Virus record (IMG/VR): IMGVR_UViG_3300043411_001575
Coordinates: 1 to 64,000 of that record
DNA: 64,000 nt
From: a virus
Strand: one strand, 5' to 3'
The notes beneath the pieces are model-generated. The model was given only the letters and a program-made list of their open reading frames with translations, did no database searches and was not told where the DNA came from. A program made the translations under genes and the position numbers. Shown piece after piece: positions 1-13,050 of this stretch. Position 1 is the first letter of the stretch. Every line of letters starts with the position of its first letter.

Positions 1-91
1 TCAAATGAAGATTTAAAAATTAAAGATTGGTCAAAGCGTATATATAATCAACCATTCAAACATAAAACTATTAACAAATAATTTATATTAA

Positions 92-439
92 ATGATAACA
101 ACTATTCCAATTTTAGGAAAAACTTATAATTACTTCGATGATGGCAAAATTAACCAAAGTAGAAGAATGGAAGTGATTATAACAGAAATAATCCCATTTA
201 ACAAAATTGATTCAGAGACTTTAAAAACATGGACAGAAGACGTTGAACAATGTGATTGGTTATACGCAAAAGAAACTGACTATTTTGTAAAGGGTGACTT
301 AAAAGTTTCTGATGACGAAATTGAAAAAATAATTTTTGTTCGAACTATAAATAATAATGGTGGTTGGTTTAGTCTTGGATGGTGGGGTGGCAGATTAGAT
401 ATTGATGGTTCTTTGAATTCTACTTTAAATAATGAATAA
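92..439 (+). CDS. hypothetical phage protein
   Basis: 115-aa ORF with A-rich upstream region; no family recognised. Confidence 0.6.
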   Translation: MITTIPILGKTYNYFDDGKINQSRRMEVIITEIIPFNKIDSETLKTWTEDVEQCDWLYAKETDYFVKGDLKVSDDEIEKIIFVRTINNNGGWFSLGWWGGRLDIDGSLNSTLNNE

Positions 440-505
440 TTGTTGGAAACGAAATTAAATAATGAAGTATTATTTAATAATAAAAAATCAAAACTATATT
501 AAGAA

Positions 506-1012
506 ATGAAAAAAGTAAAGAAAAAAACATTAAACAAAACTCTTTCTACTAAATCTAAAGAAACAAAAAATAATATTGAAAATTTAAAAACACCTCATAA
601 AATATGGCATAAATTTTCACGTTGGATGATAAAAACATTTGGAAAAGATTTGCATGGAGAATGGCAATATTTGGAAGTTACCAACTCCAATGGTAAAAAA
701 TCAAAAATGAAATATCGTTCTTTTAATGATTTAGAACTCAGTAAGAGATTAGTTGGATATGAAGCTATGTGCAAAGTTGAAAAGTTTATTAAAAGATGCT
801 GCCCTGAAATAAAAATAATTAGATGCGATGATAGCCTTTACGCAAGTTCAGATATTTTACTAATTCCTCACCCTAATCATGGTATTACTGTAATTTTCAT
901 TCCTCAATGCACTAATATACAAAACCAATTTTTCCTTTATAAAAATCATCACAAAGAATTAGTTAAAGTATTAAGAGAAATGGGAAAAGTTTATGGTAAG
1001 AATAATTTGTAA
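506..1012 (+). CDS. hypothetical phage protein
   Basis: 168-aa ORF; no family recognised. Confidence 0.6.
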   Translation: MKKVKKKTLNKTLSTKSKETKNNIENLKTPHKIWHKFSRWMIKTFGKDLHGEWQYLEVTNSNGKKSKMKYRSFNDLELSKRLVGYEAMCKVEKFIKRCCPEIKIIRCDDSLYASSDILLIPHPNHGITVIFIPQCTNIQNQFFLYKNHHKELVKVLREMGKVYGKNNL

Positions 1013-1017
1013 TATTG

Positions 1018-1413
1018 CTATTTAATTTTATTTTTTCTTACAACCAATATTTTTTTGTAAAAAGCCAAGAATACTAAATTCCAAATTGCTCCTAGAACAA
1101 AGAAGTCAATTAGTATTCCGAAAACAGGCTCGTAAAGAACTATTGCTAAAATAAAAAGAACTATCATAATCGACTTAGCGATATGCCAAAAGTCAGTAAA
1201 AGCAGCGGGAATATTAAATAGTCCAAAGAACCATTTTCTCATTCGTTTATCTCCATTTCTCCAATCTACATATTTATTTTCCCAACTTATCTCCCCATTG
1301 AAATATTGTGGCTTATTAAATTTTGTAAGTATAGAAGTAGAGTAATGAAACTGACTCACATCCATCAGTGCATTGCATAATGCAGACAGAGCTATTAGAA
1401 TAAATGAAATCAT
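1018..1413 (-). CDS. hypothetical membrane protein
   Basis: Three hydrophobic segments; probable start at MISFIL, overlapping the stop of the upstream gene. Confidence 0.6.
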   Translation of the reverse strand: MISFILIALSALCNALMDVSQFHYSTSILTKFNKPQYFNGEISWENKYVDWRNGDKRMRKWFFGLFNIPAAFTDFWHIAKSIMIVLFILAIVLYEPVFGILIDFFVLGAIWNLVFLAFYKKILVVRKNKIK

Positions 1414-1670
1414 TGTACTTTTCCGTTTATAATTGAAAAATGAGATTTGCAACCAACTATCCTATTTATTGAAGGATGAATTGTATTTCCATTAATTATT
1501 TTCCATCTTGGACGAGTATCATCTAATTCATTAAGTTGAATCAAAGCTCCACAACCACAATGGCAAATTAGAGCAATAACCTTATCGTCTGAAAAATGAT
1601 AAACAGTTTTTGATTCGAACTTATCAGGAATGTCTTTCGCCTCTATAAATATGTAGTTATCGCCTATCAT
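1410..1670 (-). CDS. DUF6527-like Cys/His zinc-binding protein
   Basis: IPD...ICHCGCG...W...TIHPSI...CKSHFSIING pattern; paralog at 63760-63987. Confidence 0.65.
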   Translation of the reverse strand: MIGDNYIFIEAKDIPDKFESKTVYHFSDDKVIALICHCGCGALIQLNELDDTRPRWKIINGNTIHPSINRIVGCKSHFSIINGKVQ

Positions 1671-1972
1671 CTACTATTTCCTTCTTTAAGGTCTTTCCAA
1701 TACTGAAAAAACGCCTTATATGCGATAATTGAAGCTCCTGAAATAGGAATAGCCATTCCAATAGAAACAGCAATAGTTCCAATTACACCATCAGCATGGC
1801 AATCATACCACGTTTCTACACACCAACTATAATTAATTAGTTGTAACACTAATAATGTAAAGAAAACAGCAAATAGCTGAATAAAATGATTCTGCCACAT
1901 TATTTTAAACCACATTTTAAATGAGTGGTCTCCACCTGTATAATCAGGTCTTTGGGGTATTTTATTTTCCAT
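1667..1972 (-). CDS. small membrane protein
   Basis: Two hydrophobic helices. Confidence 0.55.
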   Translation of the reverse strand: MENKIPQRPDYTGGDHSFKMWFKIMWQNHFIQLFAVFFTLLVLQLINYSWCVETWYDCHADGVIGTIAVSIGMAIPISGASIIAYKAFFQYWKDLKEGNSR

Positions 1973-2810
1973 TTTTATTTTTTCTTTTAGGTGATTTTTT
2001 ACCTTCTTTTTTTTCTTTTCTATTTTTGTAAAACCAAACTGCGAATGGTATAATTAACGTTGATAACATCCATTGCCAATAACTTTCAAAGAAGAATTTT
2101 ATTTGAATTTGAATATCTTTTTCTACTTCAACCGAATCTTCGTATACAATATCCTTTTTATTGCCATCACGAATTATTGAGATAACAATTTTAAGTTTAG
2201 AGTTTCCTACTTTAATTGGAGTTACATTCCAACTCCACTCAGTATAAGTATCACCTTCATCAACTATTTGAACCGCATTATTTCCTTCTGTTATTTCAAA
2301 ACATTTTCTATCAGCAGGTGATATATCAACAAGTTTAACCTCCATAGTTTGAGTTACAGGAAGAGTACTTGTCATTATTTTTTTTGAAAGACTATCATAA
2401 ATACTAACAACTGATTTTGATTTTGAAATCCTAACAAGTACTTTATATGTACTACGGATTTTCATTTTCTCAGGAATTTTGTAAACAACTCTCCCTTCAG
2501 ATAAATCAATGATATTAGCAACTACTTTTGTGTTTTTTACATAAACTATTTTTAAATCTTTTCCATGAGCAAAATTCATTGCACTACCACTTAAGTAATT
2601 ACTACTTTCAACAACAATATTACTCATTTCAATATGGTCAGGCTCTATTACATTTGTACTATTGACAAGTAAACTATCTGAAAATACTGAATTGATTGTA
2701 TCTTTTTGAGGATGGTCAAAATGTGGGCTTTTAACAATATTAATTTCTTTTGTTCCTTTAAAACAAGAAACAAAAAACAGAAATGATATTATTAATATTG
2801 AATTTTTCAA
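1962..2810 (-). CDS. putative lipoprotein with C-terminal membrane anchor
   Basis: MKNSILIISFLFFVSC lipobox-like N-terminus; C-terminal TM helix followed by basic tail. Confidence 0.55.
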   Translation of the reverse strand: MKNSILIISFLFFVSCFKGTKEINIVKSPHFDHPQKDTINSVFSDSLLVNSTNVIEPDHIEMSNIVVESSNYLSGSAMNFAHGKDLKIVYVKNTKVVANIIDLSEGRVVYKIPEKMKIRSTYKVLVRISKSKSVVSIYDSLSKKIMTSTLPVTQTMEVKLVDISPADRKCFEITEGNNAVQIVDEGDTYTEWSWNVTPIKVGNSKLKIVISIIRDGNKKDIVYEDSVEVEKDIQIQIKFFFESYWQWMLSTLIIPFAVWFYKNRKEKKEGKKSPKRKNKNGK

Positions 2811-3296
2811 TTAATTACTATTTTTATAAGCCTGATAATCATTGTATATTCTATAGTAATATCCAATAAACCAAAGGATGCAAAGTGTAATTATAACAAT
2901 TGGATTTTTTATTTCATCTTGTAACCTAATATTTACAGCATAATAAATAGCCATCAAAGGAATTAAGTTTCCCATAATAAACAAAACTACATTTGTCCAC
3001 TTAAGACAAATGAATTTTAAGAATGTTTTTTTTGAATTTTCCATTTTAAATTGAAGTTAGTTCGTTTTCAGATACAAATAAATATTTTTTTGATACATCT
3101 AATTCAAATTGATTAATACGAATAGAGTTTGGAATCCAACCTTCTGTATATTCAATAATATATGATTGTTGGATTTCAATTTCTTGACCTTCAAACATTG
3201 GAACTATTGCCGCTACAATTGTTGAAGCAGATTTTGTTACTGCGTTTCTATCAAATTTTACAGGTTGACCTTTTGTGAATTTTGTTGCCATTTTTT

Positions 3297-4835
3297 TTAT
3301 GAATTTATTGGAGTTATATATTGTTGGCTTATTCCATTATAGAAAGTTATATAATCAACAACATCAGTTCCTTTAATTATTGTATGATTACCTGAATCAT
3401 AAATAAGTGTTGACAATGAGAAATCAACACCACTAACAAGTGTTTTAAATTCAGCATCTATTAAAGAATCGTTAAAAACAGAATTAATTACAGAAGCATT
3501 GAATAAATTATTTGCACAATCTGTGCCGAATGTGTTACCATCTAATACTGCATTAATTAAATTATATTGAAAGTTTATACCAACTGTGTTACCTCTAAAA
3601 AATTGAAGAATTATATTAAAAGCAAATTCACTATCAATTATATTGTTACTAAAATTAACACTTGTTTTATTACCTGAAAAATTAACAGCTATATTATTAT
3701 TTTGAAAATTATCACCAATATTATTATTACTAAAAGTACCACCTAAAACATTATCTGTAAAACCATACGCTATTGTATTTTGCTGTACTACTCCTTCAAA
3801 CGTATTATCTATAAAATCTCCACCAACATTAGTTCTTACAAAATCAAGAATAATAGAATTATTCTGACAACCTGAGCCAAAGGTATTACTAACACAAACT
3901 TTTAAAAAGGTATTTCCATAAGAGTTTGAATCAAAATAACAATCATTTACTGACTCATCCGTTAAAAAAACATTATTATTAAGCTTAGTTGTAAATAACT
4001 TACCATCTATAAAATTATTAATAACTACATCGTGAACATTAGCTAAAGGGTTAAATGTAGGATAGTCTTTAAAAGCCCCACCATTATCAGTAGTAACAGT
4101 AAATACACCACTTGAAGGTGAAGTTTCCCATCTGCGGAAAATAACATTTCTCCAATCGTACCAAATAGCTATGTTTAGTAAATTATCTTTTCTGAACATA
4201 ATTCTACCTCTGTCACCACCCTGACTTGTCGTGTCGATTAGTTCATAAAGAAGTGTATCATCAGGATAAACAGTACTTATAGCTAAATCAGATAATGTAT
4301 TTATTGATGTAGCTGTAACTATAATAGGTTCTATTGTGCCTGTATGAACATCTGCTGTTTTAGGTATATTTTCTCTTGTTCTAAAATCAGTAATACAATA
4401 TTTTTGACCTTTAACAAGAGAAGAGCCTGTTACAAGTGCGTCCAATTCAGACCATGTAACATCAATGCATGGTAAAGAACTTGCTCCACTTACAACATCT
4501 GAAACAAAAGTGTAATTATTTATTCCACTAATTATTAAAATACCACTCGCTCCATTTGTAGTTACATCAAATTTTTGAACACCATTAACAACATCGTTAT
4601 CCATTCCTTCAAACACGATTTTATTGACCGCTGCATTGTTTCCAATATCCTTAAATCTAAATCCAAAAATAAAACCTGAATTTCCTGAATTATTGTTGAA
4701 GTAGTTAAAAATAGTTTGTATTTTAGGAAGAACAACAGTAACCTCTCCACCTGTACTATCAATATATAATTGGTAATCAGTAGGACTCAAAAAGGTCTTT
4801 CCTGATGTAATATTTCTTGATACCGTTTGGCTCAT
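3297..4835 (-). CDS. tail-fibre/structural-like protein with beta-helix repeats
   Basis: 512 aa; C-terminal Asn/Phe/Gly repeats of about 11 aa (NTFGSGCQNNS, NNIGDNFQNNN, NTVGINFQYNL). Confidence 0.5.
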   Translation of the reverse strand: MSQTVSRNITSGKTFLSPTDYQLYIDSTGGEVTVVLPKIQTIFNYFNNNSGNSGFIFGFRFKDIGNNAAVNKIVFEGMDNDVVNGVQKFDVTTNGASGILIISGINNYTFVSDVVSGASSLPCIDVTWSELDALVTGSSLVKGQKYCITDFRTRENIPKTADVHTGTIEPIIVTATSINTLSDLAISTVYPDDTLLYELIDTTSQGGDRGRIMFRKDNLLNIAIWYDWRNVIFRRWETSPSSGVFTVTTDNGGAFKDYPTFNPLANVHDVVINNFIDGKLFTTKLNNNVFLTDESVNDCYFDSNSYGNTFLKVCVSNTFGSGCQNNSIILDFVRTNVGGDFIDNTFEGVVQQNTIAYGFTDNVLGGTFSNNNIGDNFQNNNIAVNFSGNKTSVNFSNNIIDSEFAFNIILQFFRGNTVGINFQYNLINAVLDGNTFGTDCANNLFNASVINSVFNDSLIDAEFKTLVSGVDFSLSTLIYDSGNHTIIKGTDVVDYITFYNGISQQYITPINS

Positions 4836-5237
4836 TGAATTATAATTTAAGATTTATTTGTATCTTCTCCGTTTTTCTTTTTCAAATCAGCCATTTGCAT
4901 CTTAACATGCTCTCTTTGTAGCAACGTAAGATGTATCAACATTACTGATGAAACAACAGTTAATACAATAGCCGCAACAGAAAGCCATTTTTCCCCCCTG
5001 AATCCTTCACCTGTATAAGGTAATTTTGTTGGTGTTCTTAAAGTAGTCATTTTTTTTAATATTAATCCGATGTAAATATAGTGAAAACAAGGCTTTTGCT
5101 TAAAAGATAATCTGTAACACTAACTTGTTGCGTATGTTGCGCTATCTTCGGGAAAACACTACTTTAAAAAACGTAAATTACTGATAATCAACATCTATTT
5201 ATTTTGTAACATGATTGCATAATAATATAATTAATCA

Positions 5238-5259
5238 TATTTTTGTAAAGGTCAAATAC
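5238..5259 (+). promoter_or_regulatory. Bacteroidota-type -7 promoter box plus GGTCAAATAC motif
   Basis: TATTTTTG at 5238-5245, GGTCAAATAC at 5250-5259; heads the plus-strand block. Confidence 0.6.
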
Positions 5260-5291
5260 AATTTTTAATTCAGTAACAATTTTACTAATTT

Positions 5292-8200
5292 ATGGCAAGT
5301 GTAAAAAAAATGAACATCACTATTGCTGAATGGCTTTATGGAAAAGGTCATATTTTCACTAGTAGTTCTTGGGAAACAGAAGACGGAAAGATTATAGGTA
5401 AAATGGATTTCCATGATAATTACGATGCTTTAATGGAGGCAATGCAAAAAGCGATGGGAGCAGGAATAGAATTTAATAATTCAGACGCATACAAAAGAAC
5501 ACTTTGGTATGCAATATATCCTGAACTTAAAGTTGTGAAATCAAGTGAATTTATTTATACCGTAGATACTTATATCTGTGCATTTACAGAGATTGGCAAG
5601 GGAAGATTGGGATATGGAGAAAAGCTTAATCAAGAATTCAAAAAGGCATCTCCTATTCTTGCTATGCACTACTCTTTGTATCGTTTAATTAAAAATGGAT
5701 TGGAATATTAAAAAACATGAAAAGTACAGATAAACAATACATACAAAAGCAAATCGATAAGTTACAGAAGAAAAGAGATAAATCTACTGATACTTTTGAT
5801 ATAGTTAGATTAGCTACTAAAATAAGTAGACTTAAAGAAGATTTAGATTTTTTTTCTGATGAAAGATTTTCAAAAGACGGAAATAGAAAATTCTGCAAAC
5901 ACATGTACTTTACTACAGCAGAAGCAGGAGTTTTATGTAAACATAAAGAAGCGAATTATCTTATGTGCCATGTAGCTAATTTTAGAGGTTGTGATTATTT
6001 TGAAGAAGAAGTTAAAAAATAAAATAATGGAAATTCCAAAAGAAATAAAAGCAGGTATATTTTCTCAGTATGTTGGTTCATCAATCATAACTTGGGAAAA
6101 CCTTTTAACAGGAAATATACTGCAATGTCCACTAACCTATCAACATGTATTAAATGTAGCATTAGGAGTAAGAATCAGGTACGATTTAGAACCACAATTG
6201 ATTTTAAAGCCAATTCACGAAATAGAAGATGAAGATATAGGCGAAATAATTAAAATAGAATTTGGTCAGGGAGATTCCCCAACAATTTACAGGAATGAGA
6301 ATTACACTAAAATAGTTTTTAAAGTTAACGGAGTCGAAAAAAGAATTTCATTCGAAAAATACTTTGATGGAGACCCAATTAAATCAGAAGTTAGGTTAAA
6401 CAAAATAATTTTAATATACCAATATCTTCAAACAAAAGGATACGATACACCTCAGTATTTATTAGGAGGTAAAACATTGAATCAATCAGGATTAGCATTA
6501 TACAAATAATTAAAAATGAAAAAATACCTACTTAGATTATCGATGGGTTTAATTGCAATCCTAATTCTATTAATTGCGGCAAAATATATTAAATTCGAAA
6601 CGCTTGTAATAGTTACACTAGGGCTATTAATAGGAAGAGTAATAACGAATGAAACATTGAAAGATAAATAACATGGAAACCGAACCTATAATAGTTAATT
6701 GTACATGTGGTGCAATTATTCCACACGAAGAAATAGAATATCACAATAAATCAAACGAAGAGGGTGAGGATTTTTTTGAGGTAACTGCGGATTGCCCATC
6801 GTGTAAATTTGGAGTTGAAACTTCAGGTTGGGGAGAGTTAGAAAATAAAATAGAAGCTGCCGAATATTTAAAAGATTATTTTGAATCATTTAAGAAATTT
6901 TAAAATCAAACAATAATATGGAAAAATTAAAACATACTGAAGGAGAATGGGAATTAATTGGCAGAGAAATAAAACCAATGGGACTTACTTCTACAATTAC
7001 TGTTGTTCAACTAAGAACTTCAAAAGAAGAGACAGAAGCCAACGCCAAACTAATTTCAGCTTCTCCTAATTTATTGGGAGCTTTAATTAAATTAGTGAAA
7101 AAATATGAGTTCAATATGAATTCTACTCAACGAGCAAACATTGAATTAGATGAAGAATACATTGAATCTATTAATGCAATAAACAAAGCAACTGAATAAC
7201 ATGGAAAGTAAAAGTAAAGCCGAACAAATAGCAAGATGGGTAATTGATAATAGACATCAAAGCGTATTTAATCAAATTTCATCAAATGAAATATATAATG
7301 AAGTTTTTTTACAAGTTAGAAATATTGAGAAACAAAGAAATGATTTGTTGGAGGCTTTGATTGAATCTAATAAATTCCTTCAAGCCATGAGAGATAATGG
7401 CTATTCTATTTCAAATGAAACATTAAGTAAAAATAACAACGCAATAAACAAAGCAACTAAATAACATGATAAAAACAGAAAATTCGACTACAAAAGTATT
7501 ATTTGGAAATAACGAAAAAGCAAGTATAGCTGTTAGTGCAAAAAAAGGTACGTTAACCTTACAAATGTTATCAACCGAAAAGCAGATTGGCGATTTGATT
7601 CAAGATACTGATATTAAAGAATTACCAAAAGTGGAAATAGAATTTTTCGACCCAAAAAGTATTGATGTATTAATTGCAGCATTAGAGGCAATTAAGAAAA
7701 ACTACATTCCGCCTCCATCTTATGACCAACTTGCTCTTGCTTGTTAATTACGTATTAAAAAAACAACTAAATAATAAAAAAAATGGAAGAAACAATCTGC
7801 TTACAAGTGAGAGTTGTAATAAACTACACAAAAAAGTCAGAACGAAAAGATGCTATTAAAAAAGCTAAACAATGTGCAACATCTTCACGTATATTGGGTT
7901 CAGTGGGATGCGATTCAAAATCAGCAAAAATAATAAAACAAAAATAAAATGGGAAATAAACAAACAATGAAGCATGCTGAGAAATTAGCAAAAGAGAATG
8001 TAGTATATGGAGAAAGTGTAGGTAACTATGTTTTTGGATACATGAAAGCTATTGAAGAAAATAAAGTTCCTGAAGTTTTACAATCATTAGTAAATCTACA
8101 AAAGAGATTAGAGCTTTTAATCCTATATACTCCATCAGGAGAAGAGAGAAACAGGATGACAGACGAAAACATGTTGGCACTTTCATTAATTAACGAATTA

Positions 8201-11200
8201 TCTTAAATACTAAAACATGGAAGTATCAAAACAAATAAACTTTCCTCAAAAATTAGAAGTTCAACAGGAAAAAAATAATATCGGTTTACAGTTAAGTAAA
8301 ATAAGTGTTAATGAAGAGTATGCTAAAAAGTGGAACGTTGACCTTAATGATTTCGTTTGCTTAACTAAAAACGGAGAACTAATTAGTAATAATCTTTATC
8401 GAATTGGCGGATTGAATAATCCTAATTTAGAAAAGGATAAATACTTCATGCTTATAAAGCATGTTGAAGCTATATATGATTTCGACTTTATTAAAAAATG
8501 TTATCCAAATAAAAGTAAAAAAGAACTAGAGATAGAAAGAAATCATCTTGACGGTCTATGGTGTATAATTGATAAGAATGGGATTGAAAAAGTAGAGTGT
8601 AAGAAGTTCTCTAGTCCTTATTTAGTAAAAAACAGTTGTATTTATAGTATTGACAGAAATTATTATAATATCGAAACAGGTCAACTATATTGCCAAGCTT
8701 ATACATCAGTACAAAGTAAAGATTTTTTATTCTTAGAAAATAGTTTTGATGCCGACAAATCAAAACGTGGAGTAATGAAAATAAACAAGAAAGATGGAAG
8801 CTATGAATTGTTTCCTGAATAAGTAAAAAAATAAATTAAAGTAATAATATGGAAAAACTATTTGACGACACATTGTTAATTCAAAATGAACGACCAACTA
8901 AAATAACTAAGCAACAAGAGGAACAGATGTTTATTGATTTAGCAGAAGAAGTTATAAAAAATCAATATACAGATGAGGATGATGTAGATACTATTGTAGA
9001 AGATTTAAAGCAATTATCTTTAAGTGATAGTGGATTTGAGAAAGCAAAAGACTTAGATTCAAATGGAAGCGCAAGTTATAGTTTCGATGGTGACTTCATT
9101 GATTGGCTAGATAATATGGATTACAAAAAAAGACAAATTTTAAATGATAACATTAAGCTGTGGGTGAAGGCACACAATCCAACACCTAAGTTTGAAAAAG
9201 GTCAAAGATTAATTGTTGATTCCTTCTTAAATCACGAAAAAACAAAAGGAACAATAGTTTTTATTACGGGTTTAGATATTGATAGGGCTACTTACCATGT
9301 GGATACAGACCCAAACCGAAATGGTGGAACTGTTATACCTTACGAGAGAGTTGAAAAATGCTGCTTAATAAATTAAAAAAAATATGCAATCATTAAACGA
9401 GAATTATTTAAAAGGATTAATAAATGCCACTAGAATTATATTTGAGAAAAATGATTCTATCGATGAGAAAATGCAAGTTAATTGGAGCTTTGATAAGAAT
9501 GGTAAAGACATGAGAGTTATTTGCGAATTCACCGCTTGTATTGATTACAAAGATGTAATAAACGATGAGATGACTCCAAACTACCTAGAAGAAAAACCTT
9601 ATAATGAAAAGGATGGATTTATAGTTAACGAAGACAAGCATGACGAAGAACATTTTGTTGATTACACAAACGCTGTTCTTGAAAGGCTATCTAAAATTAA
9701 ACTGAGTTAATGAAAACAACGTGGATAAGATATACTAGAATATTTAAACATTGGATTAAATATTTTCTAACAGGAAACATGATTCACTTCATGGAAATGG
9801 AACATTATTTTTACATGAAAAAATTCAGAACAAAATGAAAAAACAAGAAGAAAAAGAAGAGCGTTTTAAGGAAATATTAGATGATGCATGCAATATGCAT
9901 ATGCTAAAAAATGTTTTGTATATAAAGAGTAGATTTTCTTTTGAAGAAGGATTTATGTATAGGCAACCTGAAGTAGATAAAAAAGATGAAGAAATAAATA
10001 GGCTGAAACAAGTAATTAAGGATTTAAAAGATGCAAACTAAAATAATTTCAGAAAAAGATTTAGAAGGAAAGCGAATTATAAAGATTTGGGAGCATGAAT
10101 CTTGGGGAAATAGCATATCTTGGAATAAATATGAAGACAGGAGGATATATGGTTTCTTGTATCGCCTACCTAATGAAGGAGATGTAATTATGTCAAAAAT
10201 GGTCTCAGGTAAAATAGGATGCTTCAAAATAAGTAGCATAAAATATTGTAATGACCCTTCCGATATGTTCTTTGCTACAGTGAGTGATTGGGGATATTTG
10301 AGTGATGATGTTAAAATTTAAAAACACAAAAATGCAATACAAAGGAAAATTATTTGGTAAAATAGGTGCAAAATATTTCGATACAGGAAAGACTGCTGAT
10401 GATTGGGACGAACTAGAAAAATTCAAAGAAGATTATAAATCATTTGATATTTCTGTTTTATCTAAAAAAGATAATTATTCAGGAGAAAAAATAAAATCAG
10501 TGCTGAATGAAAAACTAGAAGAGCATATTGGACAACCATTAAGAGGTAGTTTAATAGAGTCAATTTTAGATAGTCTAAAAAAATAAATAAAATGGCTAAA
10601 GAGAATACAAATTCAGAAAGATGTTTTGAATTGGAAATAACAAAGGAATTTAATTTATCCGTTAAACCAATAAAGGAACGAGAATGGATTGATGAATTTT
10701 ATTTTAGCGGACGAACAGGCGTTTTAGGAACTCATTGTTTAGAATCTGAATTAACGGAAAAGAAAAAAGAAGTTGTTGATAAGGCAATTGAAAAATTATC
10801 AATCGAATTTAAAGAAGTAAGTTCGAACATCACTAAGCTAATAAACATAATAAACAATGGTTATAGAAGCATTAACGACTGAAAAACAGAAAGGTTACAA
10901 CATGGTTTATTGCGTTAATATTCCTAAAATTAATGGTAGGATTAACGCTAACCAACTAAAGTTTGAAATAAAATATTTTGTTTCGAAGCAAGTTACCTGT
11001 AGTAAAATTGAAGTTACTCCTATATTTTGGAAAGATAACAAAGAAATGGTTTCCGTTTCACTTAGTAAAAAATGTAAATATTTATTCATAATAAATAAAT
11101 GAAAAGAATAATTAGAATATTAAAAGTTAAATGGAAAAGGTATTGGCATTGGCATCATCTACAATGGGTCAAGATAGATGAATGGAGTAGAGATAACGGA

Positions 11201-12462
11201 TATTATTAAAAAACATGAAAACAAAATTATTTTTTAGAGATGACGATGAGTTTTGCCACACTCTAGGTGTACACATAAAACACATGGAAGAAAACGGAAT
11301 CAAAGAAATGGATGTGTTTGAAGCTAAGGTTGAATACGGAACAGGATTTTTCTTCTGCAAAGAATTTTATCAAGTGGGTGAATCAGGAGAAGGTTGCGGA
11401 AAGTTTTGCGATAAGTATATTCCTAACAATGGTAAAAACGGAAAGTGCAAGCATCATGGAAATGTTTATGAGCAAACTGACAAAGTATTAAAAATTAAAA
11501 TTACTGATTGATGAAAAAAGAAGGTAAAGAAAATAGAGGAGCTAAACGATGCTTCTATCCTGTTTTTGAGATAATCGAAGATAAACTATCGTACAAAGGA
11601 ACATGTTTAAACAAAAATCATGTTTCAAAAGTTATCGGAAATTATTCTGCAAATGTTGGAATGTACTTAAACTTAGAATTAAATAAGTTAGGTAATTTTG
11701 TTGTTGTAGAAATTGAAGCAAAAGATGATGAATTTATTGATTCCAAAACTTCAATGATTAGAGCTTGGAACGAAGCAGAGAGAAGATACAACAGAAGTAA
11801 ATTAAATTTCACTATTGATAAGATGAAGGATTTGAGTGATGAACAAGTAAACCAAATAAGCAAAATATTAAACGATGGAAAATAAACCAATTAAAAAAAA
11901 CTATCAAATACCATACGTAGAAAGATTCACTAGTGTTGGGAATAAATTCCCTAGACAAACAACTCTTTTCAATATTCATGGAATTGGAGTATATGTGGAA
12001 CACGAAAAAGGTAATTTACCAACAGAACAAGAAGTTTCAAGGCATTTGATAGGAATAAGCACTCCACGTAGGATGGATATTCAAGCAGAATCGTTAGAAG
12101 AAGCTTTAAAAGAGTTTTTTAGCTATCCTGCATGTAATACAGGATTTAAGAAAAAGGCTCTCGAAATTGCAGATTCAGAAGGTTATCCTGTGATAGAATA
12201 CTCAGGGTGTAAATGGATGTTAAATGATAAAGATATGAGGAAATGCCAAAGATATGCGGATGAAGACAAAGTAGATAATATGTTCTGCATACTTGATGGA
12301 TTAGACGAGCCGCCATGCGATTGCCCAATTTTAAAGCAAAAACAATTGAATGGTTTTCGCTCAGAGACCATAAATATTGGGACTGTTTGGGTTAAAAAAT
12401 TCCAACCAAATGTAATCCAAATGAGTCCTATTAGAGGCGGAATCAGACCTGTAAAATGTTAA
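5292..12462 (+). other. block of about 20 small hypothetical early/accessory genes
   Basis: Tightly packed co-oriented ORFs of 68-201 aa, including paralog pair 6918-7199/7201-7464 (both end AINKAT). Confidence 0.7.
5991..6509 (+). CDS. hypothetical protein, paralog family with 54873-55361 and 18820-19272
   Basis: Shared KEIKAxIFxQY...IxDED...QYLQxKGY motifs; real start probably MEIPKE. Confidence 0.6.
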   Translation: MIILKKKLKNKIMEIPKEIKAGIFSQYVGSSIITWENLLTGNILQCPLTYQHVLNVALGVRIRYDLEPQLILKPIHEIEDEDIGEIIKIEFGQGDSPTIYRNENYTKIVFKVNGVEKRISFEKYFDGDPIKSEVRLNKIILIYQYLQTKGYDTPQYLLGGKTLNQSGLALYK

Positions 12463-12506
12463 TAACTTTTTTATCATTAATATCATTTTTGTTACAATAA
12501 ATTAAT

Positions 12507-12528
12507 TATATTTGCAAAGGTCAAATAC
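12507..12528 (+). promoter_or_regulatory. Bacteroidota-type promoter plus GGTCAAATAC motif
   Basis: TATATTTG at 12507-12514, GGTCAAATAC at 12519-12528. Confidence 0.65.
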
Positions 12529-12785
12529 TGATTAAAAAATGGATTCAAATTCAAATATCACATCTCACCACATTTTAGGCTTTTGGTTTTATGTAACTTG
12601 GGAAAATGAAAGCGTGGGGCGTGACCAATACGGAAGTGTTTGGACTAACAAATCAAACCCTATATGTCTCAATAATGAAATAGTTGACGTTTGCTTAGAT
12701 AGTTACAATTCAATTTACAAAAAAAATTTGAGGAATATAAATTGTGAAAAAACATTTGAAGATAAATCAAATCCACAGCCTAGAA

Positions 12786-13050
12786 GTCAATCACCCCCAC
12801 TTTAAAATGTGTGGGCTTGAATCGTGAGATTCAAGGGTAACAGGTTGATTAGGGGGTAAGTTTTAAATTAAAAAGTAAAATGCAGAAGTTAAGAAAGAGA
12901 AATACATACACACCTACGGATGCTCCACAAGTCCGTAGCAACTGTGATTTGCAATTAAACAAAGAGGAAACTCTTAGTGTTGCAAGTTCAAAAACCTCTC
13001 TTAACATCCCCGAAGTGGATTTATCGAAGCGTACATCGAAACGTAAAGTT
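12786..13050 (+). ncRNA. omega-RNA (HEARO-like) scaffold of IscB
   Basis: GTCAATCACC...GGTTGATTAG pairing, CTTGAATC-GTGA-GATTCAAG hairpin, CTACGGA...TCCGTAG hairpin directly upstream of the PLMP domain; 3' boundary approximate. Confidence 0.75.

Noticed and set aside
92-452. Second attC-like cassette at the window start (ends TGTTGGAAACG)
   Set aside because: The matching left end would lie outside the window; not supportable.
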